From IMG/VR virus record IMGVR_UViG_3300033149_006345, positions 1 through 64,000 of that record: 64,000 bases of DNA. One strand, 5' to 3'. Both the position numbers and the translations under genes were made by a program. The stretch is from a virus. Shown here piece after piece: positions 17,236-27,117 of the stretch. Position 1 is the stretch's first letter, and each line of letters begins with the position of its first letter. The notes under the pieces were generated by a model. It was given only the letters and a program-made list of their open reading frames with translations, did not search any database and was not told where the DNA came from.

Positions 17236-17579
17236 ATCTTTTTCCTATATGGTAGTAGTATATTTTTCTTATTCATGGTCCTTTCCCTCTTCCTGCCTTT
17301 TATATTCCAAAAAGATGACATTTCCGACTCTTGAATATTCCAAAGAAATGCCGCAAAATTTGCTACATCTATCCAATCTTCTTTCTCTATATGTTTCCTC
17401 AACTCGCTTTTGAAAAAGGACTTATACCGGGGAGTATCCCATCCCCGATGTCCCTCTTGGAACTTTTGGTGCAGTTTTCGTTTCATTTCTTGGGCAAAAG
17501 TGTCAATTAAAGCATCTAATCCAATATCACGTATATCGGTGCTAAACCTTAATGTATTCATTTTATATCCCTTATTCAT
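17229..17579 (-). CDS. Hypothetical helical phage protein (GW...IDVANFAAFL motif)
   Basis: Motif loosely resembles all-alpha NTP-pyrophosphatase-like phage proteins. Confidence 0.6.
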   Translation of the reverse strand: MNKGYKMNTLRFSTDIRDIGLDALIDTFAQEMKRKLHQKFQEGHRGWDTPRYKSFFKSELRKHIEKEDWIDVANFAAFLWNIQESEMSSFWNIKGRKRERTMNKKNILLPYRKKIC

Positions 17580-17791
17580 ACGTGAGAGAGATCGACGACT
17601 AAAGCTACTTGCGGACTGTACACAGCATCGTAGTAGTCTCTAAAAGCGTCTGGATCAAGGGTCTCAGCAGATTCCCTAGTGAAACCGTAATGCTCAACTG
17701 CTATTCTTTTTAGATCGGTGAACCACTCGTCAAAAGGATAATGCTCCAGCCATGCGCTTCTCAATTCCTTTTTCCTGACCCGCTTTTTCAT
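17576..17791 (-). CDS. Hypothetical protein
   Basis: SD AAGGAG. Confidence 0.6.
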   Translation of the reverse strand: MKKRVRKKELRSAWLEHYPFDEWFTDLKRIAVEHYGFTRESAETLDPDAFRDYYDAVYSPQVALVVDLSHV

Positions 17792-17808
17792 TTTTCTCCT
17801 TCTTTACT

Positions 17809-18411
17809 TTACTGTCTAGATATATGCTCAGTTGATGTGTACTTATCTGTCTGGTTTCCCCAAACAAACCACCCATGCCTACGTCCTCTTGCGAAGAGTT
17901 CAATAAAAGGACCCCAACTACATGATTCTATAATTACGTACTGTTCATCTGGCTTCCTGCTATGTTCTCTTTTACGTGAAACAATAATATTCTCTTGAGT
18001 TCGACCAGGTTGTAATGTACGAGCACTTTTACCTCGGACTCCAAAAAGGAGTATCTCAGTAACATTTCTAAAGTAGAACCCGACTCCTCGTCTATCCGGT
18101 CCACCATCTTTTCTAATTTTGTACCAGACTATGTTGGTTTTGTATGTAAATCCCCAATGTTCCATAACTTCTAGACCTTCAATCAAAAGTGCATTGGGCA
18201 CCCAGAGATATAAGTGCGCTGTTTCTTCTACTATCTTCGAAACAGGAAGCTCTTTGATTGTCTCTATACTTAAAGTAGGGTATCTCCAGAGTCTCTTATG
18301 CTCTGGTGCCATTTTACCTGTATGATTCTGAAACTGCCAAGGCGGATCTGCTAAAACAGTAGCAAACCGTCGATCCCCTACTGATTTCAGAAGATCTTCT
18401 GGCACATTCAT
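17809..18411 (-). CDS. MT-A70 family adenine methyltransferase (orphan)
   Basis: LADPPW catalytic motif, HLYLWVPN, WGFTYKTNIVWYK, HSRKP, IELFAR. Confidence 0.92.
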   Translation of the reverse strand: MNVPEDLLKSVGDRRFATVLADPPWQFQNHTGKMAPEHKRLWRYPTLSIETIKELPVSKIVEETAHLYLWVPNALLIEGLEVMEHWGFTYKTNIVWYKIRKDGGPDRRGVGFYFRNVTEILLFGVRGKSARTLQPGRTQENIIVSRKREHSRKPDEQYVIIESCSWGPFIELFARGRRHGWFVWGNQTDKYTSTEHISRQ

Positions 18412-18470
18412 TCCACCAGCTCCCCCTGTTGTTTTTGTACATTATCTTAAATACATAATAGTGAATCTCC

Positions 18471-18722
18471 TTATATCTTCAAGCCAGCCTTTTTCAAATC
18501 CTTTTTCAATTGCTCCAAATGCTTCTGCTGGTTTACCGATAAGCAGGTACGCTTTGGGTCGAACCCGAACCTGTAGGGAAAGAAGGCGCATTCCACCGCT
18601 GTACATCTTTCTATTTCCGAAGGGTTGGGCACGGGCCATACATTGTCTACTGCCCGTGGCCCACCCATACATTCGGAACAGTTTCTCCTTATTAGTTTGA
18701 GCAGTTCATTCTTGGTTGCCAT
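18471..18722 (-). CDS. Small Cys-rich phage protein
   Basis: IRRNCSECMGG...C...C.FFPYRFG. Confidence 0.7.
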   Translation of the reverse strand: MATKNELLKLIRRNCSECMGGPRAVDNVWPVPNPSEIERCTAVECAFFPYRFGFDPKRTCLSVNQQKHLEQLKKDLKKAGLKI

Positions 18723-19287
18723 TTCGCTTCTCTATATTTGCTTTTCTTTCACGGGGTAATATCAGCTTCCTGCTGATTTTCTTTGGAGCTTTTTCCATAA
18801 GCTCCTCCTCAACGAATTTATCCAAGAATGTATGTAGGTTTGCGGACAGGAAATTTTGGAACCTTTCCATAATGGTCATTGTTGCTTCATCTAGTTCTAC
18901 TGGCGGTAGTAGTTTATTTTCTTCTTGTGTTTGGCGGAACATTAGAACATAAGAATTACCATGACGACCGAAGAGAAAATGGTTTACTAATCCAGGGTCT
19001 ATTTTATACAATAAAGAAAAAATATACCGGACCAACTCTTGATCTCGTTGTTTATTGTATTGGCTCTTCGATACCGTACCATACCGATATTTTCCGTATT
19101 GGTATTCCACCGGGTTGTATACAACATCAACTTCACTATTGGGATATGATAATGCTGCACCTATAAGCCACAAGGCTCTTGCCAGAAGATAATGTTTCTC
19201 CCTTGTTGGAATTAAGGGTTTATAATCGTATGGCAAACTCTCCAATGAGAAAACTTCACAAAGATCTCTTGCAACTTCTTCAGACAT
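18706..19287 (-). CDS. Hypothetical protein
   Basis: 193-aa ORF in operon. Confidence 0.7.
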   Translation of the reverse strand: MSEEVARDLCEVFSLESLPYDYKPLIPTREKHYLLARALWLIGAALSYPNSEVDVVYNPVEYQYGKYRYGTVSKSQYNKQRDQELVRYIFSLLYKIDPGLVNHFLFGRHGNSYVLMFRQTQEENKLLPPVELDEATMTIMERFQNFLSANLHTFLDKFVEEELMEKAPKKISRKLILPRERKANIEKRNGNQE

Positions 19288-19290
19288 TGC

Positions 19291-19971
19291 TTATCCCCTC
19301 AAGCATCTTTGCATTACCAAATCAACGACATATCCGTAATAATGTGCCCCTTTGCAATAGCAAAGAGACTCACCTGGGTCGACACCGATTTCCCCTGCCA
19401 TGTATTCCTTCAGATATTGAATACCACCCAGGTTTGCCGGGAACCCACTCCATAGGTCCCAACTCCTATATATTATATGGAAGTGTAGCTTCCCATCCTG
19501 GATTCGTGTATCTATGAGCTGAAGACATGGTGGATCATTCAACTCACGATCAGTCGGCAATCCGACGTTCATGACCAACTGGTTATTCCTGTACCCATAC
19601 CTTTTATATATAGAGATAACCTTCTCTATTTGGTCCACCCCAAGCCCGTTGCGTAATCGGCTTCCGTATGTATAGTCTTCCCCTGGTTGTTTCAGGTTAT
19701 CCATTATATAACTAGTGTATTCTTCTATGTACCCTGGCTCCACTGGTGGTGGAACTCCAGCCATATGAGGAGGCAGATCCGGTTCAAAAGGTCGTGCTTC
19801 AGGATGAGTGATCTGAACGAAAATCGTATCGAACTCCAATCTCTTTTCCACACCTGCAAAAGAACCGTGGTCTATATCGAACAACCGAGCATTATCCGGT
19901 GCCGACAATATCAGTTGATGCCAAGCATCAGGTATTGTTGTTGCTCTTATTATGACTGGGTTTAGCATCAT
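19291..19971 (-). CDS. thyA: Thymidylate synthase-family protein (short form)
   Basis: YTYGSRL, catalytic PPCL, YRSWDLWSGFPAN (Asn at the dUMP-specificity position), AHYY. Confidence 0.8.
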   Translation of the reverse strand: MMLNPVIIRATTIPDAWHQLILSAPDNARLFDIDHGSFAGVEKRLEFDTIFVQITHPEARPFEPDLPPHMAGVPPPVEPGYIEEYTSYIMDNLKQPGEDYTYGSRLRNGLGVDQIEKVISIYKRYGYRNNQLVMNVGLPTDRELNDPPCLQLIDTRIQDGKLHFHIIYRSWDLWSGFPANLGGIQYLKEYMAGEIGVDPGESLCYCKGAHYYGYVVDLVMQRCLRG

Positions 19972-19974
19972 AGT

Positions 19975-20184
19975 TTACCCCTGAAACGTTAGAATATGCA
20001 CACCGATCAAAATAAAGCCCAGGATAAAGATGATTACAAGAGATAAAAGTCGCTCGTATGTTGATAGATCAGGTGTGTTTGTAATATTATTCGAGATATA
20101 TAAGATAACCGAGACGTATATTATGCAAAGTACGCCCAATATTCCAAGCATTTTTTGCTCCATCAATATGATCTGCTGATGCAC
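19975..20184 (-). CDS. Small two-TM membrane protein
   Basis: Two hydrophobic segments. Confidence 0.6.
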   Translation of the reverse strand: MHQQIILMEQKMLGILGVLCIIYVSVILYISNNITNTPDLSTYERLLSLVIIFILGFILIGVHILTFQG

Positions 20185-20486
20185 TTTTCATTGATCCACC
20201 AAGTACCTATTTCCCCTCGTGGTCTAACTTTCAATAAACCACGCCATACGGAAATGTCTACCACAGATACTCTTTCGCCAGGCTCAAAAAGCCTACATCT
20301 GTCAAGGAGAATCAATCTAGCAACAGCTTCCACATCTCTTTGTTGCAAACAACTGACTACAATATCATAGTCAGAAAAAGTTTTGGCACCAAGTGTTCTA
20401 CGCAAAATAGTTTCAGCTTGTACTGCTGAGGTTGTAATGGCAAGAAGACAAATTACTATGATTATTGTTAAAACTACTTTTCGCAT
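20163..20486 (-). CDS. Exported protein with signal peptide and SH3-like C-terminus
   Basis: MRK + hydrophobic core + VQA cleavage site; SD AGGAGGT. Confidence 0.65.
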   Translation of the reverse strand: MRKVVLTIIIVICLLAITTSAVQAETILRRTLGAKTFSDYDIVVSCLQQRDVEAVARLILLDRCRLFEPGERVSVVDISVWRGLLKVRPRGEIGTWWINEKCISRSY

Positions 20487-20499
20487 GTTTACCTCCTTT

Positions 20500-20790
20500 C
20501 TACTCTCTAGTAATTATCCAGTAAGTATTGCCAAGTTTTTCTATACCAATAAGTTCCTCAGTTGGGGATAACATTATCTGAACAACTTTAGGTTTCTTGC
20601 CGAAATTTGGCAATGGAGTTAACTTCAGAACGTGTGGTTGCGGGGTAATTTGTGTTGTATTATTTTCTCCGGTAAATTTTTTTGCAACAATAGGTGTTAC
20701 ATACGCCCCTGCAAAAAACATTACAAACATTCCCAACAAAAAAGCAAGAAGTGGATGAATAGAACCACGTTGGTTTATAAATGCTTTCAT
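20500..20790 (-). CDS. Single-TM membrane protein
   Basis: NQRGS followed by a hydrophobic helix. Confidence 0.6.
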   Translation of the reverse strand: MKAFINQRGSIHPLLAFLLGMFVMFFAGAYVTPIVAKKFTGENNTTQITPQPHVLKLTPLPNFGKKPKVVQIMLSPTEELIGIEKLGNTYWIITRE

Positions 20791-21290
20791 TGTATCTTCT
20801 CCAGAAGTTTTGTGTATTGGTCTATCCTTCGTGCAGCATTGTCGATTTTATCTAGTTGCCATCCTTTACTAGAGCTAAACTTCTTAATGAGGGACTTTTC
20901 TAGTAAGATAGCACTACGTAGTGCTTGTTTTATTATTTTCATCTCTTCTGGTGTAAACGTTGTTTTTATTTTTCCATTTTTGTGCTTATCCTCCAATTCC
21001 AAGCAAACTATTGCCAACAGAGAATATACTGACAAATCCCTCAGCGTATCGTCCAGCTTTTCGTCGGTTACTCTGATCTCCCCTGTTTTGACAATGGACT
21101 TTAGTCTAGCCCATTTGTCGCTCATCCTGACAAGAACACCGATGAATGGAGAAACACCAAATTCCTCTACGTTCAGAAGGTTTCCAATTGGGTTACCCCC
21201 ACCGTAATCATGGCTCTTCCTGGCGTGCAAATCCGCGATCTGTTGTACCAACTCCATAAAGCGGGGATGCCCGCCTTTAGTTTCTACCAT
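20787..21290 (-). CDS. DUF1599 / nucleotide-modification-associated domain 1 protein
   Basis: RKSHDYG...N...GVLVRMSDKWARL...DE.LDDTLRDLSVYSLL. Confidence 0.8.
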   Translation of the reverse strand: MVETKGGHPRFMELVQQIADLHARKSHDYGGGNPIGNLLNVEEFGVSPFIGVLVRMSDKWARLKSIVKTGEIRVTDEKLDDTLRDLSVYSLLAIVCLELEDKHKNGKIKTTFTPEEMKIIKQALRSAILLEKSLIKKFSSSKGWQLDKIDNAARRIDQYTKLLEKIQ

Positions 21291-21508
21291 TTCTTTGCTC
21301 CTTGTTTGCTATTGGCTGAGTAATATTACGCATTTGTCGTAACATTGCCAACAAGGTTCATCTGACGGATTGAAGATAGTGTTATGTGTTTTGCACTTGA
21401 AACGTCTATCATTCATTTTGACCCAGCGTTGATTCTTCAATTGGTCGAATTTCTCCCAGTCGAAAGTGGTTCCGATCCATTTAACATCTTTCATCACTTT
21501 CCCCTTTT

Positions 21509-21829
21509 TTAATGCACTTTCCCAATTACCATATAGTCCGCTATATTTTCCCCCTCCTCCAACTCGCCACTCATGATCTTCTGCACCCCCGCCATGATGA
21601 ACTCCATGGCTTGTTCGATAGCTTGCCGATCCGCCTCTGTTAACGGAGCATGAGGGTCCATAGCGAGTTGAATGGTAAAGTTCCAACGCTTTTCCTCTGG
21701 CACCATTGGATTATAAAACAGCAATGCAACAGCTATACAAGGAGCTTGTTTTCTACTACAAGTCTCTCGCACCATCTGCGCTGTTTTTTCTGTCCATTTG
21801 TTTAAGTCGATAACACCTGGTTTGGTCAT
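21509..21829 (-). CDS. Hypothetical protein
   Basis: SD AGGAG. Confidence 0.65.
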   Translation of the reverse strand: MTKPGVIDLNKWTEKTAQMVRETCSRKQAPCIAVALLFYNPMVPEEKRWNFTIQLAMDPHAPLTEADRQAIEQAMEFIMAGVQKIMSGELEEGENIADYMVIGKVH

Positions 21830-21929
21830 TTATTTTCTCCTGAGTTTACAGAAGGTATTCCTCGGTTTCTCTACCATACTCTCACCTACTTCAACCTTCT
21901 CTTGGTAACTGTTCTCATCTGTGTGCTCT

Positions 21930-22124
21930 TTATTGTACAGATACACCACCCTCTCGTAGTGCTTTAGCCCAATCTTTATCAACTATCTGAGCTACCCTAT
22001 GGTTGCATCGCCCGCAACGCAAGTAGTCATCATAACGAATAATCTCAGTTACTTGGTTGCATCTTTGGCAGTATAAGGCATAGAGACCCTCCCACTCTAT
22101 TACAACAACTTCCCGTCCTTCCAT
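21930..22124 (-). CDS. Small zinc-ribbon protein
   Basis: CQRC...CGRC. Confidence 0.6.
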   Translation of the reverse strand: MEGREVVVIEWEGLYALYCQRCNQVTEIIRYDDYLRCGRCNHRVAQIVDKDWAKALREGGVSVQ

Positions 22125-22445
22125 TTATATATACTCCCCACACAGTCTGGCGATATAATCATCCTCCGACTCTCTCTTCTGGATAGTGATATGGAGTTGG
22201 GTCAGTTCTTCTTCCGCTATCGCAATTATGTCTTGCATTTCTTCTTTGGTGATCAATCCTTGCTTGCAAGCTGCCATAGCAGTCTGGCGCACCTGGTCTA
22301 CATATTCCGCCATATCCTCCAAAAGCCACTGATTGCAGTCCACTCTGATATGTTTTTCATAATGCTTACGCCAGTTTTGAGCCAGACAAGCAACAGCTTC
22401 TTTGGTTAAACGCTGGTCACAGCACTTGGTTTTCCCCCGTTGCAT
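22125..22445 (-). CDS. Hypothetical protein
   Basis: ORF abutting its neighbour in the operon. Confidence 0.6.
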   Translation of the reverse strand: MQRGKTKCCDQRLTKEAVACLAQNWRKHYEKHIRVDCNQWLLEDMAEYVDQVRQTAMAACKQGLITKEEMQDIIAIAEEELTQLHITIQKRESEDDYIARLCGEYI

Positions 22446-22496
22446 TAGTTATACCTTTTATTGCCCTCAAAAGGCTCCTACTTCGTTTTTGCCTCT

Positions 22497-22805
22497 TTAT
22501 ATCTGGCTCCCCTTTCCTTCTTTACCCCGCAATCCAGTCCGGTTGCGTTTATACCACTCTTCCCATTCCTTAAGCCTTTTTGGTGACATATCGTAATCAT
22601 CTACACAACCACCATCTTCACATTTGGGGCACAAATCTACCTTATAATAGCCACTTTCCCAATCGCCGTCTATACCTTCCTCGCACTCTTCTGCTGGTCC
22701 ACACCATCCACATTCGCTACAGATGGCAATGTCGGGTTTTGGCTCGGGATCAGGGTCCGGCTCGACAAGACCGAGAATCCTCTTTGTTTTCAGCAGGTCC
22801 GTCAT
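22497..22805 (-). CDS. Hypothetical zinc-binding protein
   Basis: CSECGW...CPKC; SD GGAGGT. Confidence 0.65.
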   Translation of the reverse strand: MTDLLKTKRILGLVEPDPDPEPKPDIAICSECGWCGPAEECEEGIDGDWESGYYKVDLCPKCEDGGCVDDYDMSPKRLKEWEEWYKRNRTGLRGKEGKGSQI

Positions 22806-23017
22806 CGCCCCTACCTCCGTTGGTAAGAAGTAACCTTAGCTTTATCTCCTTCTTGTGAATTTGCATGTCTATTAGGTGTTCTAGCTTGTCCATTTTCTAT
22901 TTACCTTAATTTACATCCAAAGGCTTTCTCCCAACATTCTAGGAGTTCTTCTGGAAGTTTAAGCCCACGAATTATACTTGTAGCTTTTTGCCTCCTCTAA
23001 TGTCTTGGGTGGATTGA

Positions 23018-23347
23018 TCATGTGTTTTCCTCCATTTCAAGCCATTCATCGAATTTCCTGTTAAGAAATTCGACTATCTTCCCTGGCATTTTAGGGATGT
23101 GCTCATTATTTGCTATTTTTGGTAGTAGGTAGATAACCACCGCATTGTTAGTGGTGGGCAGAATAAGACGAATAAACCAAAGTATAACCACACATACCAA
23201 CAAGATAATACTAACTGTTGCTGAATGTGAAACAATTAGGACATAACCGAGAATAGGGAAAGCCAGAAAAAACATAGTAAGCTCTAATAGTGTACGCAAA
23301 TCATCCAGCTTTGAAATTATATAAATATGCCACCATTTTATTTTCAT
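23018..23347 (-). CDS. Two-TM membrane protein
   Basis: Hydrophobic hairpin followed by ILPT. Confidence 0.65.
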   Translation of the reverse strand: MKIKWWHIYIISKLDDLRTLLELTMFFLAFPILGYVLIVSHSATVSIILLVCVVILWFIRLILPTTNNAVVIYLLPKIANNEHIPKMPGKIVEFLNRKFDEWLEMEENT

Positions 23348-23411
23348 CTACTTGGACGATCTACATATTCGATTTTGTAAGTTTTCCCTAATATATTTAC
23401 GGAGCCTGGTT

Positions 23412-23837
23412 TCATCTTTCTCCTTCCTCCGTTTTCTTGCGAGCAACCTTGACAAGCTCGACAAAAGGGTTTGATGTCGAAGAATCCAGCAATTTCTTGT
23501 AGTTCACCCATCGCGCAGCGTGGTAACCGAACATCCAAAATTTGTAGCCCGCAAGAGCCTTCCAGGCTTTTTGTTCAGCATCGGCCATGGCGGACAATAT
23601 CTTCTTGCGGTTCATAACTTTCCTCGCCTGTGCTTTCCTCCTCAGCTTTTTAGGATCAATACAAATATATTCCCCCATCCTGGCCTGGGGGAATAGCCCG
23701 CAAGATAGTAGAGACCACTTCCTCCATTTACCGGCTTGTCTAGGGGTTAATAATATCTCCGTGCCAGGACCGGAGCGCCTTAGACGCTTAGTCGGCAAGT
23801 CGCCTAGATCCATTATATTGTAACGCACTTTCCTCAT
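23412..23837 (-). CDS. Hypothetical protein (possible internal start near 23615)
   Basis: AWKALAGYKFWMFGYHAARWVN motif in the C-half. Confidence 0.55.
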   Translation of the reverse strand: MRKVRYNIMDLGDLPTKRLRRSGPGTEILLTPRQAGKWRKWSLLSCGLFPQARMGEYICIDPKKLRRKAQARKVMNRKKILSAMADAEQKAWKALAGYKFWMFGYHAARWVNYKKLLDSSTSNPFVELVKVARKKTEEGER

Positions 23838-23908
23838 CTTCTATCAGATGGTCCACTTGGTGGATAACCAACATGACCTTTTCTTGCAACTCGTCAGTTT
23901 GTATTCTA

Positions 23909-24412
23909 TCATACACCTCTTGGAGTACTGTCTTTATACCTCTGAGCCTTAATAGCTTTTGCATAGCGACTTTCCAACATAGCTGGTTGTGGTGGGGAAA
24001 GAAGTGCCTGCAACTGTTTCTGAATGGTGTTTTTTATAAGAGCTTCTTCCTCTTCGGTAGGGTCTTTGCCTAATCTCTGTACTACACTGTTGTATATATC
24101 CTCTGCTCGGTATATTTTTGCTGTTCGCAATATTCTTTCATCGGCTTTATCCAAGGCTGCATCCAGCTTATCCCGCATGGAAGCATTATCGTCTGTTACT
24201 ATCCTCTTCGACCTTTGCTGGAATACTGTTCCGCATTTTTTAGTGCAGAACTTTCTTTTGGTCCAGGTTTGAATGGTTTCGCCTCTACGCCTGAAAAAAA
24301 CTTTACCGCAACACTTGCACTCCTTCGCCTCCAGATTTTCCCCTCGAACACGCTGGAAAAGCTGTGGCTTAAAACATTCCTTCACCAATCGCTGACATTC
24401 TTCCTCGGTCAT
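23909..24412 (-). CDS. Zinc-finger protein
   Basis: CKCCGKVF...KFCTKKC. Confidence 0.65.
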   Translation of the reverse strand: MTEEECQRLVKECFKPQLFQRVRGENLEAKECKCCGKVFFRRRGETIQTWTKRKFCTKKCGTVFQQRSKRIVTDDNASMRDKLDAALDKADERILRTAKIYRAEDIYNSVVQRLGKDPTEEEEALIKNTIQKQLQALLSPPQPAMLESRYAKAIKAQRYKDSTPRGV

Positions 24413-24417
24413 TTTGG

Positions 24418-24693
24418 TTACTCGGTCTTTTTGCGGGTTCTCCGTCTTGGTTTGGGTTTATCTTCTTTGGTCGCAATATCATCAGGGGTAACATAAAGAG
24501 CTGATGGCGACGTGTTCAAACCCGCCTCTTCTTTCACTTTGAGTTTTTCCTCGACGATTCTGTTTATCTCCCTCTCCAGAAGCAGGAAAGGAATAGGTGC
24601 TTTTTCCTCCGTTGCGGTTCTCTTCTCCAAATTGGCGACCTTTGCCTCTAAGTCTGCTAGGCGTTGCAAAATGCTGTCGATTCTATCCGGCAT
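24418..24693 (-). CDS. Coiled-coil protein with basic tail
   Basis: ILQRLADLEAKVANLEKR; SD GGAGGG. Confidence 0.65.
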   Translation of the reverse strand: MPDRIDSILQRLADLEAKVANLEKRTATEEKAPIPFLLLEREINRIVEEKLKVKEEAGLNTSPSALYVTPDDIATKEDKPKPRRRTRKKTE

Positions 24694-26044
24694 TTAATAT
24701 CCCTCCATTCTTTTCTATTTGTATGTCATTCCATAGAACCAACTTTTCTGCCTCTGTAGGTTTTCTACCCTCCTTTCTTATGAACTCTGCCATCCTATAC
24801 TCAAATAGTTCTTTGGCAGGTATATCCTTAACCTTCTTTTGTACTACCTGTGGGAAATATTTCCTGTTTTTCCTGACGTTTCCGTTAATACAATCGTGCA
24901 ACAATCGTCTATTTGCAACGAATCCCGGAAATGGATAAACCGTGTCGTACCAGGGACTACTATACAAGATGTAGAAATAGTTGTCAATAGCTTTTTTTAT
25001 CAATTCTTCCGTGCAGTTACGGAAAATCAGGAGGTAAGTGATGGCTATCTGGGATTTATATACCACAGCCGAATCTTTTATGCGGTGAATGGGAACCCGT
25101 TTGGTCCTGTCCGCCTTTTTGTTGTATTTGGATGCTTTGCTGTTCCAATGTTCCAATATACGATACGTTTCCTCCCCCGCCGGTTGTATTTTCTTTTCAA
25201 ACAGTTTTGTACGCATATATATCAGCGGGCGATCATATTTGTGGGAAGACAGGTTATGGTGCGACAACCATTTTGACAAGGAAGCAGGTGTAATCTTTTT
25301 ATTCTTTTCAATTGGTATATTTTTTCTGGTTTCTGGTATATTTTTTGCGGCGGGCTGTTTTCGTTTGGAATCCCATTTTCTTCTAGCAAGGGAGTTACCC
25401 TTTCCTTTTCCAAGGGAGTCTCCTTTTCCTGGTTCAAGAGAATCCACTTCCTTGAAACAAGGAGGAGAGAGAGAATTTTCGTGCACGCTTTCGCAAGAAA
25501 GCGTTACAGAGGAATCTATGATTCCTCTTAGCGTTTTTGGAAAAGGGAATGTGTACGAACGTAGTGAGTACACATTCCCTCCAAAAACGCTTTGTACTAC
25601 GCCAGTAGTACAATTCTTAAACCGGGTGTATTTTTGCACCCGAGGTGAAAAATGTACCCCCTGCTCAGGTGTTGTTGTGCACCCCGTGACTTCCCTGCAC
25701 CGTTGCTCATGGATTTTTCTATTAAATTCAAACAGTTTCAGCGTCGTGCTTCCTTCCTTGCCGTTTTGTCTCTGGTAGTCGATCAGCCAAAGTTCCCGTA
25801 ATAATTGGGTATATTTTAGCACAAGGCGTTTATTTGCACCTGAGTAGGTCTCGCAAGTTCGCATCAGGCTACCGACGAACTTGCTGTTGAAGTCGCTGTC
25901 GATTTCACATAAGACGAGATAAATCCTGGAAAGATTGCTGGCGTCCTTCTTGCTGAAGTATTTGCGGAATAACCGAAGGACCCTTTTGTCCCACCATGCG
26001 TGTGGTACGTTTCGTTTACGTTGCTGTAATTGCTCTTTTGACAT
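24683..26044 (-). CDS. Probable replication initiator (lambda O-like architecture)
   Basis: N-terminal winged-helix-like domain, low-complexity basic linker with DNA repeats, helical C-terminal domain. Confidence 0.6.
   Translation of the reverse strand: MSKEQLQQRKRNVPHAWWDKRVLRLFRKYFSKKDASNLSRIYLVLCEIDSDFNSKFVGSLMRTCETYSGANKRLVLKYTQLLRELWLIDYQRQNGKEGSTTLKLFEFNRKIHEQRCREVTGCTTTPEQGVHFSPRVQKYTRFKNCTTGVVQSVFGGNVYSLRSYTFPFPKTLRGIIDSSVTLSCESVHENSLSPPCFKEVDSLEPGKGDSLGKGKGNSLARRKWDSKRKQPAAKNIPETRKNIPIEKNKKITPASLSKWLSHHNLSSHKYDRPLIYMRTKLFEKKIQPAGEETYRILEHWNSKASKYNKKADRTKRVPIHRIKDSAVVYKSQIAITYLLIFRNCTEELIKKAIDNYFYILYSSPWYDTVYPFPGFVANRRLLHDCINGNVRKNRKYFPQVVQKKVKDIPAKELFEYRMAEFIRKEGRKPTEAEKLVLWNDIQIEKNGGILNAG
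25625..25684. repeat. Iteron-like hyphenated palindromes inside the initiator gene
   Basis: GGTG-N5/6-TG(C/T)ACCC at 25625, 25644 and 25668. Confidence 0.55.
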
Positions 26045-26486
26045 CTTCCCCTCCCTTTATCGAATTGCATGTGGTGAAAACTAGACCATGAATATCCTCG
26101 TCGTATTCCGATAGGTCTAGATAAGGGTATTGGTAGCCGTCGTCGGTCTCTCGATAACCGTATTCCAATACCCTGAGTTTCACAAGTTTATCCATATATT
26201 TTTTGACTTCCTCTCTTGGGATGCCTGTCAGCCTGGATGCAAGGTCGATTGGGTCTGGATGGTATTTTCGCTGAAGGTATTTTAATACGAGGTAGTAGTT
26301 GTCAATTTCGCACATGGTGAAATAGAAATAGATGATACTATTCTTATCCCGAATGTTGGTTCTATATCGTAAGTATCTAACTATTCGGGGGTCAAACCAC
26401 GCAAAACCGGCATCACGTAGAAGAGCAGGATTTATTTGTTGCTCATATTCTTCCGGGGTTAATAATTCACGTTCGGGTGGGGGCAT
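26016..26486 (-). CDS. Stand-alone paralog of the initiator N-terminal domain
   Basis: AWFDPRIVRYLR...YFTMCEID versus AWWDKRVLRLFR...YLVLCEID. Confidence 0.7.
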   Translation of the reverse strand: MPPPERELLTPEEYEQQINPALLRDAGFAWFDPRIVRYLRYRTNIRDKNSIIYFYFTMCEIDNYYLVLKYLQRKYHPDPIDLASRLTGIPREEVKKYMDKLVKLRVLEYGYRETDDGYQYPYLDLSEYDEDIHGLVFTTCNSIKGGEDVKRAITAT

Positions 26487-26487
26487 T

Positions 26488-27117
26488 TTATTCCTCCTTT
26501 GCCAATATGGCTGCGAGAGCCTTTTTCAGCTTTTTATATTCATCCTCCCTGTTTGCGAATATTGGTATATCTTTTTCAGGTTTTCCTGTTCGATAGACCG
26601 GAAGTCGAATGATTTTTGTCTTTATTCTAAACTTATGTTGCAGGTAGTACTGTATGAGGAGGTTTATCAGGACGTGTTTGGTTAATCCGTCTTGGCGTAG
26701 TTTTTTGTCCAGTTGTCTGATTTCATACTGTGTCAGCCTGAGCCATTGTCCTCTGAATCTGGTACCGGGTGGGTATATTTTTGTATAATCAACCCTACTC
26801 CTTCTTCCCTTTTTTATCTTGGTATCAGGTTCAACGGTTTGTGTTTCTTCGTCTTCTAGGATCAACCGCCGGTGTAATATCAGCTCATTGTTTAGATAAT
26901 AGTCTAATAGTAGGTGGATGACCGTTAAAGCGGGTGTTGGTGAGGGGCACTCTTGTGTTGCTTTGGTTATGAATTTCTTTAGGATGTCTTCTGGTATCAT
27001 AACTTTGAATTGTGAGGTGCCTATGCGTATGCCAGGAGACTTTTTCTTTTCTTTTTCATGGTAGACTTGTCGGGCATTTCTTATTGGTATCGAGAACTTT
27101 TTCTTCGTTTTCTGCAT
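26488..27117 (-). CDS. Basic protein with two ribbon-helix-helix-like repeats
   Basis: VIHLLLDYYLNNEL and LINLLIQYYLQHKF; divergent from the late operon. Confidence 0.55.
   Translation of the reverse strand: MQKTKKKFSIPIRNARQVYHEKEKKKSPGIRIGTSQFKVMIPEDILKKFITKATQECPSPTPALTVIHLLLDYYLNNELILHRRLILEDEETQTVEPDTKIKKGRRSRVDYTKIYPPGTRFRGQWLRLTQYEIRQLDKKLRQDGLTKHVLINLLIQYYLQHKFRIKTKIIRLPVYRTGKPEKDIPIFANREDEYKKLKKALAAILAKEE

Noticed and set aside
19975-23347. Holin/lysis cassette among the small membrane proteins
   Set aside because: No endolysin or spanin adjacent, and the genes lie in the leftward non-late operon
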